Below, one piece after another: positions 51,679 to 64,000 of a stretch of DNA of 64,000 nucleotides (positions within the stretch are counted from its first letter, which is position 1; each line of letters begins with the position of its first letter). The stretch lies in the NCBI GenBank assembly GCA_951406725.2, contig OX597817.1, forward strand, positions 40,982,001-41,046,000, given 5' to 3'. A program made the position numbers and the translations under genes. The stretch is from Octopus vulgaris (Eukaryota). The notes beneath the pieces were generated by a model. It was not told the origin of the DNA, made no database searches, and worked only from the letters and a program-made list of their open reading frames with translations.

Positions 51679-54600
51679 CCCTCTGAGTTACCTCATAACT
51701 CTGTCCTCAACCCAGGATGAATTTTGTAGTCTTTAGTGTACATTAATTAAAAACACTTTGCCCAAAACATTGAAAATATTGTAATTAGATTGGAACAAAA
51801 TGTAAATCCATCTAAGTGAGATAGTTCATGTCATTCCCTTTCTCTCAATTTCTAATAGAATTCTGAAATTTCTATAAAATATAGTAAGTAAGTCCAAGTG
51901 TGGTTAATAAATGCAGGCATTGCTGTGTAGTTTAGAAGCTTGTTCCCCAAGCATGTAGTTTTTGGTTGTGAGAAAACCCACTTGAGAAAAAGACCCATCA
52001 AGCCAAGTGAAATTGTAGTTGTGGCAAATACTGGTGCCATGCAACTGGCATATAAAAGCACCCATTACACTCTCAGAGTGGTTCGTGTTGGAAAGGCATC
52101 CAGCTGTAGAAACCATGGTAAATCAGACTGGAGTCTGGTGCAGCCCCCTCAGCTTACCAGTCCTGGCCAAACCATTCAACCCATGCCAGCATGGATAAAA
52201 GGAGCACTCCATCGGTTGCGACGACGAGGGTCCCAGCTGATACGATCAATGGAACAGCTTGCTCGTGAAATTAACGTGTAAGTGGTTGAGCACTCCACAA
52301 ACACGTGTACCCTTAACGTAGTTCTCGGGGAGATTAAGCGTGACACAGTATGTGACAAGGCCGGCCCTTTGAAATACAGGTACTACTCATTTTTGCCAGC
52401 TGAGTGGACTGGAGCAACATGAAATAAAGTGTCTTGCTCAAGGACACACTGTGCCACCGGGAATTGAACTCCCGACCTTACGATCATGAGCCGAATGCCC
52501 CTAACCACTAAGCCACACGCATGAATAATGGATATTAAAAATGATGATGTGATGGCTGTGAATGAGCACATCACTGGCATACAAGTGGTGTTCTAGTCTT
52601 CTAAGAAAAAACATGTCTGGCCACAGAGAAATATGACCTTGGTTGGAAACAGATAAGAGTAGGTGACAAGAAGGGCATCCAGCAATAGAAAATCTGTCTC
52701 TACAACAAGTTCTGTCTAACCCATGCAAGTATGGAAAAATGGACATTAAAATGATGATGAATGTCTGCTCATGAATATTAATTACACATTTTGTTGGCTA
52801 TTAAATAACTGAAATTTGTTGGTTAGAATTTGATCTTGCTAATATTCAAAGTCTCGTTTAACTCTTTTGAAACCAAATTGTCTGAGGCCATTGTTGGTTG
52901 TATAAATCTCAGCTTCCTGTTTTAAAGTGAACTAAAGTGGAATTTCCCATCAAAACTTCATGTCAGTTATGTTCCAAACACCAGCTTAATAACAACTATG
53001 TTATTTTACTAAATTCATTATTTTCAAAAATCAGTTGAAATGAAGGCTGTGTATTTCAACAGAGATACGGTAACAAAAGTGTGGAAGCATTTGAAAGGCA
53101 GTAATCTGACAGAATTGTTAGAGCAGTGGACAAAATGATTCACAGTATTTGTTCTCTCTTTGCTCGGAGTTCAAATCCTGCTGAGTTTTACCCTCCATCC
53201 TTTTGTTGGGTTGATTTTTAAAAAAAACATATCAGGTACTGCTGTGAGGTAAGAAGCTTGCTTCCCAACCACATGGTTTTGGGTTCAGTCCCCACTGTGG
53301 GGCACCTTAGGCAAGTATCTTCTATTATAGCCTTGCGCTGACCAAATTTTTGTGAGTGGATTTGGTATATGGAAACTGAAAGAAGCCTGTCATCTAAATA
53401 TATATCCATGCGTATGCGTGTCTTTATGTCCGTGTTTGTCGCCCACCACTTCTTGGTAATTGCTGTTGGTGTGTTTACATCCCCATGACTATTGGTTTGG
53501 CAAAAGAGAATGAAAGATTAAGTGCCAGGCTTAGAAAAAAAAAAAATGAGTACTTGGAATGATTCATTCAACTAAAATTTCCTCAAGGTGGTGCTCCCAT
53601 TGCTCTTCCCTGCCTTGCACACTGTATTGCTGCTTTCGCCCACCCCATCTTTATACCTCTGGCTTGGTAGCCATGTATCTCCTCCACAGCAGTACATTTG
53701 TTTCTGCCCTCTTTTTCCCTCTGGCTAGGTAACCAAGTATCTCCTTTACATCAGCACACCTGTTTCTTATTTCTTTATTGCCCACAAGGGGCTAAACATA
53801 GAGAGGACAAACAAGGACAGACAAACGGATTAAGTCGATTACATCGATCCCATGTAAATGGTACTTAATTTATCGACCCCGACAGGATGAAAGGCAAAGT
53901 CAACCTCGGCGGAATTTGAACTCAGAACGTAAAGACAGATGAAATACTGCTAAGCATTTCATCTGGCGCACTAACATTTCTGCCAGCTCACCTATTTCTG
54001 TTCCCTTTCTTGTATCTCTCTCTCTCTCTTCCTTTCCCTATCTTTCTCGCCAGGTTATCGTGTACCTTCTCTATCGCAAGACACCTGTTTCTGCCTCTCT
54101 GTTGTACTCTAACCTTATATCTGACACCAGATCACCTTCTCCTATCTTCCAACCCCTCTCAAAATTCCTTGTTTTGCAAGTTACTTGGCGACCCTGCCAG
54201 TGCTGGTGCATGTAAAAGGGATTCAGCCCATACTGTAAAACAGTTGGCATTTGGAAGGGCATCCAACTGTAAAAATCATGCCAAAACTGACCCCACCATG
54301 TGAAAAGCACTGAGTCCACTCTGCAGAGTGGTTGGTATAAGGAAGAGCTTCCAACCATAAAACCCCTGCCAAAACAGACACAGTAACCTGGGGTAGTCTT
54401 CTACCTGGTTGGCTCCTATCAACCATCCTACCTATGCATGCATTGAAGATGGACATTAAACAATGATGATGATGATAGCTATATAAGTTGCAGCCCTTGG
54501 TTTAGTGAAATCTTGGCATAAAATTCTTTCCTTTATAGTTTTACCTTTGCCCCAGATATGTCACACTCCACTTTGTTTGTCATTTAAAATTATTTTATAC

Positions 54601-54909
54601 AATAGTAAATACAATAATTTGAATTTAGATAATTTTAAAACAAAGTTTGTTTCATAGAATCAGGTGCAATCTTAGGTGGATTGATATCAAAACGGTTAAT
54701 GTGGCAGCCTTTTCCATGGCCAAAATTGGTGTGGAGAGGGAAATAGCTGTTTGTCCACAGATAGCATTGACCCAGTCTGCATATTGGTCTACAAATGCAG
54801 ACCAATGATCAACAGTGGCTCCTATAAAGTATTTGAATTCATGGTTGTGAAACCTTGTTATTTGTATTACTTTAACATATTTTTGTATTAACATTTTTAT
54901 ATAACAACT

Positions 54910-55128
54910 TTAACCTTTTCGTTATTGCATTTATTTCAAGATGCTCTGTGTTTCTTTCAATTAATTTTAAGTATAAAAAAGAATTTAGTAAAATAACTTA
55001 GTTATCATTCAGCTAGTGTTAGGAACATAAATCGTGACTAAGATTTGGTGGAAGATTTTAATTCAAAACTTATGAAAACAAGACATTTGTACTCAAAGCC
55101 AGAGCCGGGTTTGTAATGAAAGGGTTAA
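54910..55128. mobile_element. Second piggyBac-like MITE family
   Basis: TTAA|CCTTTTCGTTA...TAATGAAAGGG|TTAA; related fragments near 17350-17500, 34700-34920, 37340-37620, 48900-49120 and 52860-53080. Confidence 0.55.
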
Positions 55129-56959
55129 ACGTTTCATTTTGAAAGTTTTTGTTGATATACTCATTTTGTAACTATTGGTTTCCTTAAGTTCAGATGGAGC
55201 AAAAACTAGTTTGTATTCTGTTCATGTATCTTTAGGACATTTTTACAACTAAGTTATTCAGCACATGTCTGTCTGTCTGTCTGTCTGTTTATCTAATAGC
55301 CATCTATATAGGATATGTAATGTATACACACTGTCGATAGGCCAGTTCCTGTGGTATTTTGTCTTGCTATAACAAAAATGCAGTCAATATCAGAGAAACA
55401 GAAATTCAAGTGTGTGCCATTGAAAAGACCTAAAAGGGTCAAAATTCTCTCACTGGCTGCTGTGGACTTACACACAAGTAAATATAGTAAATTACAACCT
55501 TCCGTCTTCCTGATATTTGTGTTTTTAACACAGCATGTCCATAAGAGATGATATCTGAGGACAAATACTGAAGTATGACTGGATTATTGACTGTGTGTAT
55601 ATATATTAAGTGGTGCGGTTGAGGCCAGTGCTGCCTGACTGGCACATAAAAAGCATCATTCAAGCACGGCTGAAACCAGTGCCACTTGACTGGCTCCTGT
55701 GTAGGGGGCATGTAAAAAGAACCCACTACACTCTCAGAGTGGTTGGCATTAGGAAGGGCATTCAGCTGTAGAAACCTTGCGAGATCAGAATGGAACCTGG
55801 TGTAGTCTCCTGGCCTGCCAGTTTGCAGTCAAGCCGTCCAATCCATGTTGGCACGGAAAGCAGATGTTAAACAACAATGATGATGAAAGTGCATGGCTCG
55901 GTGGTTAGAACTTTGGGCTCATAATCATGAGGTAGTGAGTTCGATTCCCAGACTGGGCTGTGTGTTGTGTTCTTGAGCAAGACACTTTATTTCTTGTTGT
56001 TCCAGTTCACTCAGCAGTAGAAATGAGTTGCAACATCACTAGTGCCAAGTTGTATTGGCTTTTGCCTTTCCCTTGGATAACATCAGTGGCATGGAGGTCT
56101 TCCATAAACCTTGTCTGGACTTGTGCCTTGGAGGGTAACTTTCTAGGTGCAATCCCATGGTCATTCATGACCAAAGGGTGTCTTAACCCTTTATATATTA
56201 ATTATGATAGGCAGATGGCTACTTTAATTAAATACTGCTTGAATTGCATAAAATACATGTAACATAAAATGTATTAAATTCCACCCCCACCCCCACTAAA
56301 TGTGCAGTGTGATGTAAATGATTACATTACAAGATCTTGTGGCTAATGAGGTTCTTGTGTATCTGAAAACAAGTTTTGTTGCTGTTACTCATTCAGAAAG
56401 CTTGTTGGATATCCAGTCAAGAGTAATTCCTCTTTACTAAGGCCAATGCAACACTGATAAAGTTAGTTCATTTTTATTGTGCAGCTTCATTGTCATATAT
56501 TTTCTTGTTTTTCTTAGTATATATTTTCTTAGTAAATGATGGCAGGATAAGCATGATTGTAAGAAGGGAGTTGTAAGTATGGGTGGGGATGGACATCTTA
56601 TTTTTCTCTTTCTTTCACTCTTGGTTAGTTTGGAGGAAAGGTGGAAGATATCTGAAGATCTGGCGTGGAAGCTTGCAATGGCAGGATTCCGCTGCTTTAA
56701 GGGTACACAAGGGCCAGATGGTTGTGGTGCTCCTCCTTAGTTGGCCATGGTATGATTTTGCACTTCAAAAAAGAAAAGAAAACAAAACTTAACACCACAT
56801 CTGATGCTTTAATTCCATTGCCTTGGATTAGTACTTTATACTTTTGACCCCCAGAAAGATGCAAGGTGAAATTGGCCTTGAATTTAGAATATATATGCTG
56901 CAAGTCCAGCACCCTAACCACTCAACCAATTTGCTACCTATCAGGATACAACTACTTCT

Positions 56960-57440
56960 GGGTTAAAAAAAAAAGCTGCACCCCTCTGCCAAGCTATGTT
57001 GAGCCAGTGTGGCAGAGTAGGTTCATCAAGCCAGTATGATCTCAAGCTCAAATTCACAGCCTCCACATCAGACTGTGATTGGTTTAGAGAACATGCTGAA
57101 GCCTTTGTCCTGCAGTGGACTGAACATAGGCAATCCGATCCGCTCACAAAGATACAATATCAAATATGGTGAGATTTATTGTAATGGAACAAAAGGGTTG
57201 GCGAAAGCGATTTGGTGGACAATGAAAAACCTGGCTGATGACAGTCAAGGCTGATCTGGAACCCAACCTAGGCACCCTTATCTATGGCGTTCACCACTGG
57301 AATAAGAAATGGTTGGAGATCACTCGGTCGTTAGCCTCAAATCGCCAGGTCTGGTCGGTGTTTGTGAGAGATGCAGAATTGAGGATGAATGAAGCCAGCT
57401 CAACCCACCCAGGGTGAATGCTGTCTCTCAGGAGGAGGAG
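56960..57440 (+). mobile_element. RTE LINE 3' fragment
   Basis: Peptide WRKRFGGQ*KTWLMTVKADLEP..YGVHHWNKKWLEITRSLASNRQVWSVFVRD, followed by a (GGA)n tail. Confidence 0.7.
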
Positions 57441-57524
57441 ATTTATTGTAATGCGTATCTTCAATGTTTTGGCTTTCAAGTTATTTCTCAATTATGATGT
57501 TAGCTTTTTTTTCTTATTTTCCAG

Positions 57525-57674
57525 GTGACGAATGCTACATGTGATTATACTGAGGAAGAACGAGTACTCCTCACTTTTAATACTTCAGACAGTGAAAATC
57601 ATAGGTACATTTGGAAGGACCTGCCTGGAGGTTCTGGTTGGATTGAGACACTGCACTGCCTTACCTTGGTTTAA
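57525..57674 (+). CDS. Terminal coding exon (VTNATCDYTEEERVLLTFNTSDSENHRYIWKDLPGGSGWIETLHCLTLV*)
   Basis: Strong acceptor TTTTTTTCTTATTTTCCAG, phase 0, TAA at 57672-57674, followed by UTR-like A/T-rich sequence. Confidence 0.88.
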   Translation: MTNATCDYTEEERVLLTFNTSDSENHRYIWKDLPGGSGWIETLHCLTLV

Positions 57675-58825
57675 AAAAAGAAAATAAATAAATAAAATTA
57701 AAAAAATCCCCCAAAACTCATCTACTCAGAAGTCTGCTTCATGCATTATTATCTCTGCATTGCTGCTGTAGCTTGTAAATGATACATCAAAACAAAATGG
57801 AACAACTGTTATGTCACATTAACTTTCCACCATTTACCCTCCATACAAACATTACTGGATTTATACATACTCTCATATATATGTATCATTTGGCTGCCCT
57901 TAAGCAGGTTCATTTAATATGAACTCCAAGGTTTTCTTATTTTCTGCTGACCATTGCCATCTCACTCACATGAGATACCATTCGCAGCAGTATTATTGTA
58001 AACCTATTTCTGCTTTGCTTTCTCACCTTATTGGAATATTCCAGATAAGATCAGTTTTTTTTTTTTTTTTTGAAACCCATTTTTCCTTGTGGAGATGAGT
58101 CTGGCTGCCTTCTATAATTGTTGGTTAACCAGTGATTGTTTTTTTTTTTTGTTTTTTTTTAAATTTTGGAAGTCGGTCGGTGTGGAATAAATATATATAT
58201 ATATTGAACACTTATTTTTTAAAAGTACTAATTTGCCACCGATTTGTGTTTCCTATATGTTAAATTGTGAATATTTTTTTTTTCTGTGTGAGTGTGTGTG
58301 TGGGGTGGGTGGGGTGAGTTTATTAACATATAAATATGGAAAATAAAAAAAAATGTCAGAAAAGATATTATAAAGCCTTAAGATAAAAATATAAAAAAAA
58401 GAAAACAGAGAAAGAAAACAAAAGAAAACTTACAAGATGTTTCTGATCTGATCAACTTTGGTATTTTGTTGGGAAAGCTTTCTTTTCAATTCTGCTGCAA
58501 ACCAAATTGACTTTATAATTAAGCATGCCTGTCCTGATTACTCTTTTTTTTTTTTTTTCTCCCTTTCCCCTATTTCATTCGGATATGTTGTCTATCCATG
58601 TAGTATTTGTAAGCTTGCTTACATCTTTTGTAAGATGTTGGCAGCAATGTTGTGTTGACTTTTTCTCATGTGTTACAGAAACAAGGATAAAAAAAAAAAA
58701 AAAAAATAAAGGATAAAATGTATTTTAAATTATATTGCAAAAAGAAAAAAAAAGTCTCAATTTTGTAAATTTTTTTTATTTGTTCTTGTTTCTTTAAATA
58801 AAATTGAAGAAAAGCTGAAATTAAC
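57675..58825 (+). other. Probable 3' UTR with polyadenylation signal
   Basis: Transposon-free sequence. AATAAA at 58797-58802, with TGTA upstream and a GT-rich tract (GTGTTTTTGCTTTGTG) about 25 nt downstream. Confidence 0.55.
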
Positions 58826-58943
58826 AAGTGTTTTTGCTTTGTGAATGCTTGGGCTAAATTTATTAAATGACATTGTTTCTTTTCAATCTAATAAATAGTT
58901 ACAAGTTAATCAATAAGCAGGGGTGAGATCGATGTGTGTGTAT

Positions 58944-59715
58944 GTGTATATAAACACAAGCACATAGAGAGGGTATGTGGCCTAGTGGTTAGAGGTTTTA
59001 CACTCTAGATTGTGGGTTCAACTCCCAGACTGGGTGGTGAATTGTGTTCTTGAGCAAAACACTTCATCTCGTGTTGATCTACAACTATTTTGGCATGTTA
59101 CACACCTGTACAGTTATAATGATCAAATAATGCAAACATTTGATCACTATAAACAAATCATCTGTGGAGGTTGCTCAGCAAGACATTGCAGAACTGTCTT
59201 TCTCAAATTCAAGAGACTATAACACACACACACACACATATATATATAAATAATAGCATAGCTGTTGCTTCCCAACCACACTTTGGGTGCAGTCCTGCTG
59301 TGTGACACCTTGGACAAGTATCTTCTGTAGCCCTGTGCTGACCAAAACCTTGTGAATGGATTTGGTAAATCGAAACTGAAAGAAGCCTGTCGTGTATGCC
59401 TTTGTCTGTTACTCAACCACTTGACAATTGGTGTTGGTTTATGTCCTCCATAACTTAGCAGTTCAGCAAAAGAGACTGATAGAATAAGCACCAGGGTCGA
59501 TTTGTGTATATATAAACACAAGCACATAAAGAGGGTATGTGGCCCAGTGGTTAGGTGTTACACTCTAGATTGTGGGTTCAATCCTCAGACTGGGTGGTGT
59601 GTGTTCTTGAGCAAAACACTTCATCTCGTGTTGATCTGCAACTACTTTGACATGTTGCCCACTGCACACTTGTACAGTTATAATGATCAAATGTTTGCAT
59701 TTGATCACTATAAAC
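58944..59715 (+). repeat. Local direct duplication (~210 bp) containing a SINE head
   Basis: 58944-59153 is repeated at about 59503-59714. Confidence 0.75.
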
Positions 59716-62700
59716 CCTCAAGTTGGTGCCCAGGTTTGGCCACAGTCCAATGATTGAAAATAAGTGAAAGAAGATACCTGAACCAGGGAAAACAAGAAAG
59801 AAAAAAAATGAAAAACAAGTCAATGAATACAACAATCTCTAAGTGAGCAATTTATTCACATTTTTGAACAACTTTGTTTTTTAAACCAGATTTAATAAAG
59901 GGATACAAGGAAACTGAACAATCAAAGATGAAGGGTTTTGTTAAAGGTTAAAGTCAAATATGAAGTAGAGCCTAGACTTTTTATTTAATTTTGTTGTTTT
60001 TTTTTTTGAGATGTTGAGATCTGTGGCCTGGGTTTGGAACCAAATTTGTCTATTCTCATTAATTATTAGATAAACAAAAGGTGCAAAACAAAGTCCTTTG
60101 AAGTAGCATCAGTTTTTGTTGAGTTTCTTCTCTATCAGTGTTGCATTGGCCTTAAGTTGTACTATGTCATGAAGGTCTTGCGAGGGGGTCAGGGGGTGGA
60201 GAAACGATCACAATTACAGAATCTGCCTGGAAATTTAGACTGTCTAAAGGTAAAAAAAAAATTAAAAAATTAATATTTTAACTAAGCAATTTTAATTAGA
60301 ACAAAGACTTCTTTGATGCAGAAAAGTCTCAGGAAAGTTTTTTTTCTTTTTTTTTTCTTTAAACTGACAGAAGCTGCAAGAGAAAGGAGCCATTCTGAAA
60401 TGAAAGTTCTTACAATCTCCTACATGAACTAGTACAACCTTCGTAGAAGGCAGAGGATCACAGATCATATCACTTATATACAATGGCCACAAAAACAACA
60501 CTCACTGTTATATAAAATGAAGTGGAGTGGGGGTGGGGTGGGGGAGGAGAGTAAACTTGCCATGGAGATGAAAACTATGGCAGGTGTAGTCACAAGTAGA
60601 TCTCTGGGAACATCTAACTATTTATTGAATCACACAAATGTAAGTTTTACAACACAATTTTAATCTTAACACGTAAGCAAATGAAACAGCTGTCTGAATT
60701 TGATGCCAAACACATCATTTGCTGAGCAGAACATTTCTGCTTGAGAGTCAGCCAAATATTTTACTTACAAAAAACAAAAAAAAAAAAAAAAAAAAAAAAG
60801 GGAAAAAAAATCAAAAGGGTGGGGAGTGCTGGACATATATAATATATAACTGATGTGGGTGCGTTGCTAGAGAAAAACGGAAGCAGTTGGGAGAAAATAT
60901 TAAGCAAAATAAATAAATTGAAATAAATAAGTAAATAAATAAATAATGATCTCCCTTTCAAATAAATAAACAAATAAAACTGCTTCCCATCATTTCGACA
61001 GTGGAACTAATTTCTTGCTGAAGCTAAGATTAACTGCTTAAGAGCTGGTACCTTTAAAGAGCATGCATCTGATTCAGTTTTATACCTTAGGAAGATCACA
61101 ATTACACAGCAGGCTGCTTTTGGTCCTTGCTGCAGCATGATCACAGTCTCACAACCAATGTCTATGTACATGTGTAGGTTGCTCTGCTGTGGAAATTACA
61201 TTGAGAGAGAGAGAGAGAGAGAGAAGAGTAATATTGGCATCTGTCTTATCGGAACCAATATACTCACACATACACACACAGCCAAACAATTGATTTACTT
61301 GTATCAACTTTAATGCAAGATAGGACACCTTTCTTTAATACTGAAATTATCAAATTACTGATAAAGCTTCTTACCTTGATGCAATGGGCAGGTGAAAATT
61401 ATAGATTATTTTTAAAGCTAAAAAGCATTTTTAGTTTAAAGAGTTTATACAGTCTTAAACAATAATTTTAGAATTAAAAGCTATTGTATTCAGGTCTTAC
61501 CAGAAATGCTGCTTGATTGAATGCACAGAACCTAGTTTGCAAAGATAAATTTATATGTTCAAGATTAAAACAGGAACCAAATAACTTTATAAGAACTGAA
61601 ATTGCTAGAAGCTTCAATTGTATATGGCAGTCCATTCTTTGCTTTGCTTTCACTATCTTCGAACAAATAAAAAATATAATTTGGTTCCCAGTCCAAAGCA
61701 CATTATTAAATACTATGTAGCTGTTAGAGAAGAAATAAATATGCCAATTCTTGAAACACAAGAGAAAAAGGAAAGCCAACACAGACTTTTACAGATTTTT
61801 AGCTTACTGTATTTCATTGGTAAAATAAAAAATTTCAGTCTCATCAATTACCCTATTAGACTAAACCATTCTATGTTTTGTAAGGAGCTTACAGAGATGA
61901 TGATGGTTTGAAAGCAATTATATAATCTAATCAAATAAATAGATTTTCTATTATTAAAAATGTCTTATTTTCATTGAGTAAATTAGTTTCTGGTAAAGTG
62001 TAAGGTTTCTGCAGTCAAATGTTGAGTTGTTGATAAGCTAACTATACAGGTAATAGGAGAAGCCTTAGCTAAGCTTGTTTTGGTCCCATTAATAATCACT
62101 CAAATAAACAAGTCTTATTATCAAAAAGGAAAAACAAAATCATTGAGAATTTTAAATAGACAAAGAGTTGAGTGTTAGCGAAAGATGAAAGTTTTATAAT
62201 AAATAACTTCAAAAAACTAAACTTTAAATGTTACAACACTATTCATGTTTAATTGAGTTTATGATATGTGCTAAGAGAGATTTCGGTGTATCGTCTAAAA
62301 GTAAATTAAATACAGTTTTCTAACCGGAGAAAAGAATCAACAACAAATTCCACAATTTACATTTCTCTTTTCAAGAATTTTAAAAATAATAAATACAACA
62401 TCAAAAGATTATCCTTAAAGTTATCTTATTTTAAACCTGTTCATCTTTAATCCAAATTAAAATCACACCAACATTCAAACAGAATCTAGCAGAAATTGGA
62501 AGCTTGTAGAATCTAAATCTTGCTTATTTGTGTCACAAAACGAAATCCATGTGGTTTAGAGGAAATTAGCGGTGAATATATTGTCAAAAATTTCAGAATA
62601 CAGAAATATTTATTTAAATTTTTGTTCAATAAGATTATAAATTGCTCAATCACAATGATAATAAATTACTACCATTGTCAGCTTAATTATCATTAATAAT

Positions 62701-64000
62701 GATTTCTTACTTAGGTATTTGGGCCAATTTTGTAGGGGAGGAAAATATAGGCAATTGAAGAAACCAGTTTATAACTGGTACTTATTGATTCCCAAAGAGG
62801 GAATATACAGCAAAGTATATTCGTGGTGGGAATTGAACTCTGAATATAGAAAGGTGAGATGAGATTTTATCAGGCATTTAATCTGGCATGCTATTTCTGC
62901 CAGCTCACCACCTCCTTCTTATTATCATTAAAAATAATAACAAAAGCATAAAGTTAAAATTTGCCTATTTTTTTTAAAGGTAGTTTATAGAGTCAAGTAG
63001 TATGTTATTAACTTATTTGACCTCTCCTACAACTATGTAGTACACCCTACCCATCCTATCCATCCGTCCATACATACATATGTACATAGAAAAATTTAAC
63101 TTTCTGGTGAATTGTGCATGCTAAGTAGATTTTCTTTGAGATGAGCAAACAGTTGAACAGACATGGACAAAGCTCCAGTCAGCAGTGACTACGTACAGTT
63201 CCTGAGAAGGCTACTGTAATTTGGGGCTCAAAATAATAGCAAAATAAAATTAACATGAAGGGAATTCTCTCTGTTCTAGACAGTTTTTTTTATATCATTT
63301 GATAAATGAATTTTCTAATTGTTTGATTATTTTGTAATTAGTTCTCAACAGATGTGAATATTTTTGTATTAGAAAACTCATGGTTTTAATGAATGTATTT
63401 TTTTAAAGAATAACTCAATTCCAGGTATGTTTTATATTATATATATTATATTTATATATAACATATATATTTGATGAGCTGTTCCAATCTCAAATAAAAT
63501 AAGTATTTTTTTTCTTCATAATTAATAATTATTAATGCTCTTTTTTTTAAAAAAAAGGGGAAATTAACTTGGAATTGAAACAAAAATAACAATCGCAAGA
63601 TTATAATCATATAAAGTTTACTACTACCCTCAGGGCAGTTGAAACAATTTTAAATTGATGAGGGATTTTTTCAGAAGATAGATCTTATATTGGTTAGAGT
63701 CTAATCTAGTTGAAGAAATAAAGTTGAGAGATCCTCAGATAGTTAAGGGGTTAAAAGCTATATTGAGTGAGTGAGTGAGTGCAAAGGGAGATTGCCATTG
63801 AAGGTTGGTGTGCCGGCATGTAATATTCATATATACTAGCACACATGAAAAAAAAGGTGCAATTGGAATGTAGATACGTATTTACATATGTATTTACTAA
63901 AAACAAATTTGGTGGTGGTGGTAGTAGTAGTTGGGGGCAGGGGATTCTGTATGTAGTCATACATGTGTGTGTGTATGTGTATAATATATACATACATACA

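Noticed and set aside
56480-60417. Extra short complementary matches (56480 vs 60365; 56555 vs 60407)
   Set aside because: They are 11-14 nt and not colinear with the 22-nt repeat, so expected by chance.
60685-60756. H/ACA snoRNA-like arrangement on the - strand
   Set aside because: The second hairpin is too short and has no convincing pocket.
61085-61532. Small - strand exon candidates
   Set aside because: Phases are not consistent across all three and the peptides are unrecognisable.

Overview
AT-rich, repeat-dense eukaryotic DNA. The SINE and microsatellite landscape looks like a coleoid cephalopod (Octopus) genome; this is inference. Most six-frame ORFs are noise from repeats. One spliced gene can be rebuilt on the + strand from four phase-compatible GT-AG coding exons (3799-4114, 33441-33546, 45385-45541, 57525-57674). 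It encodes a 242-aa protein I do not recognise: an N-terminal signal-anchor followed by a 6-Cys ectodomain with five N-glycosylation sequons. Its introns hold several SINE families, RTE and CR1/L2 LINE 3' ends, two Penelope-like (GIY-YIG) relics, a Helitron and pogo, mariner, piggyBac, hAT and MULE-type relics. Highlights: a near-full-length U6 snRNA fused to a retroposon 3' end; a hammerhead-ribozyme-like motif inside a long palindrome next to a Penelope element; a Penelope GIY-YIG motif split by about 730 nt of low-complexity sequence; several long intronic inverted repeats; a multi-stem candidate ncRNA; a perfect 22-nt long-range inverted repeat around the last exon; and a K-box (miR-2 seed) cluster on the - strand.
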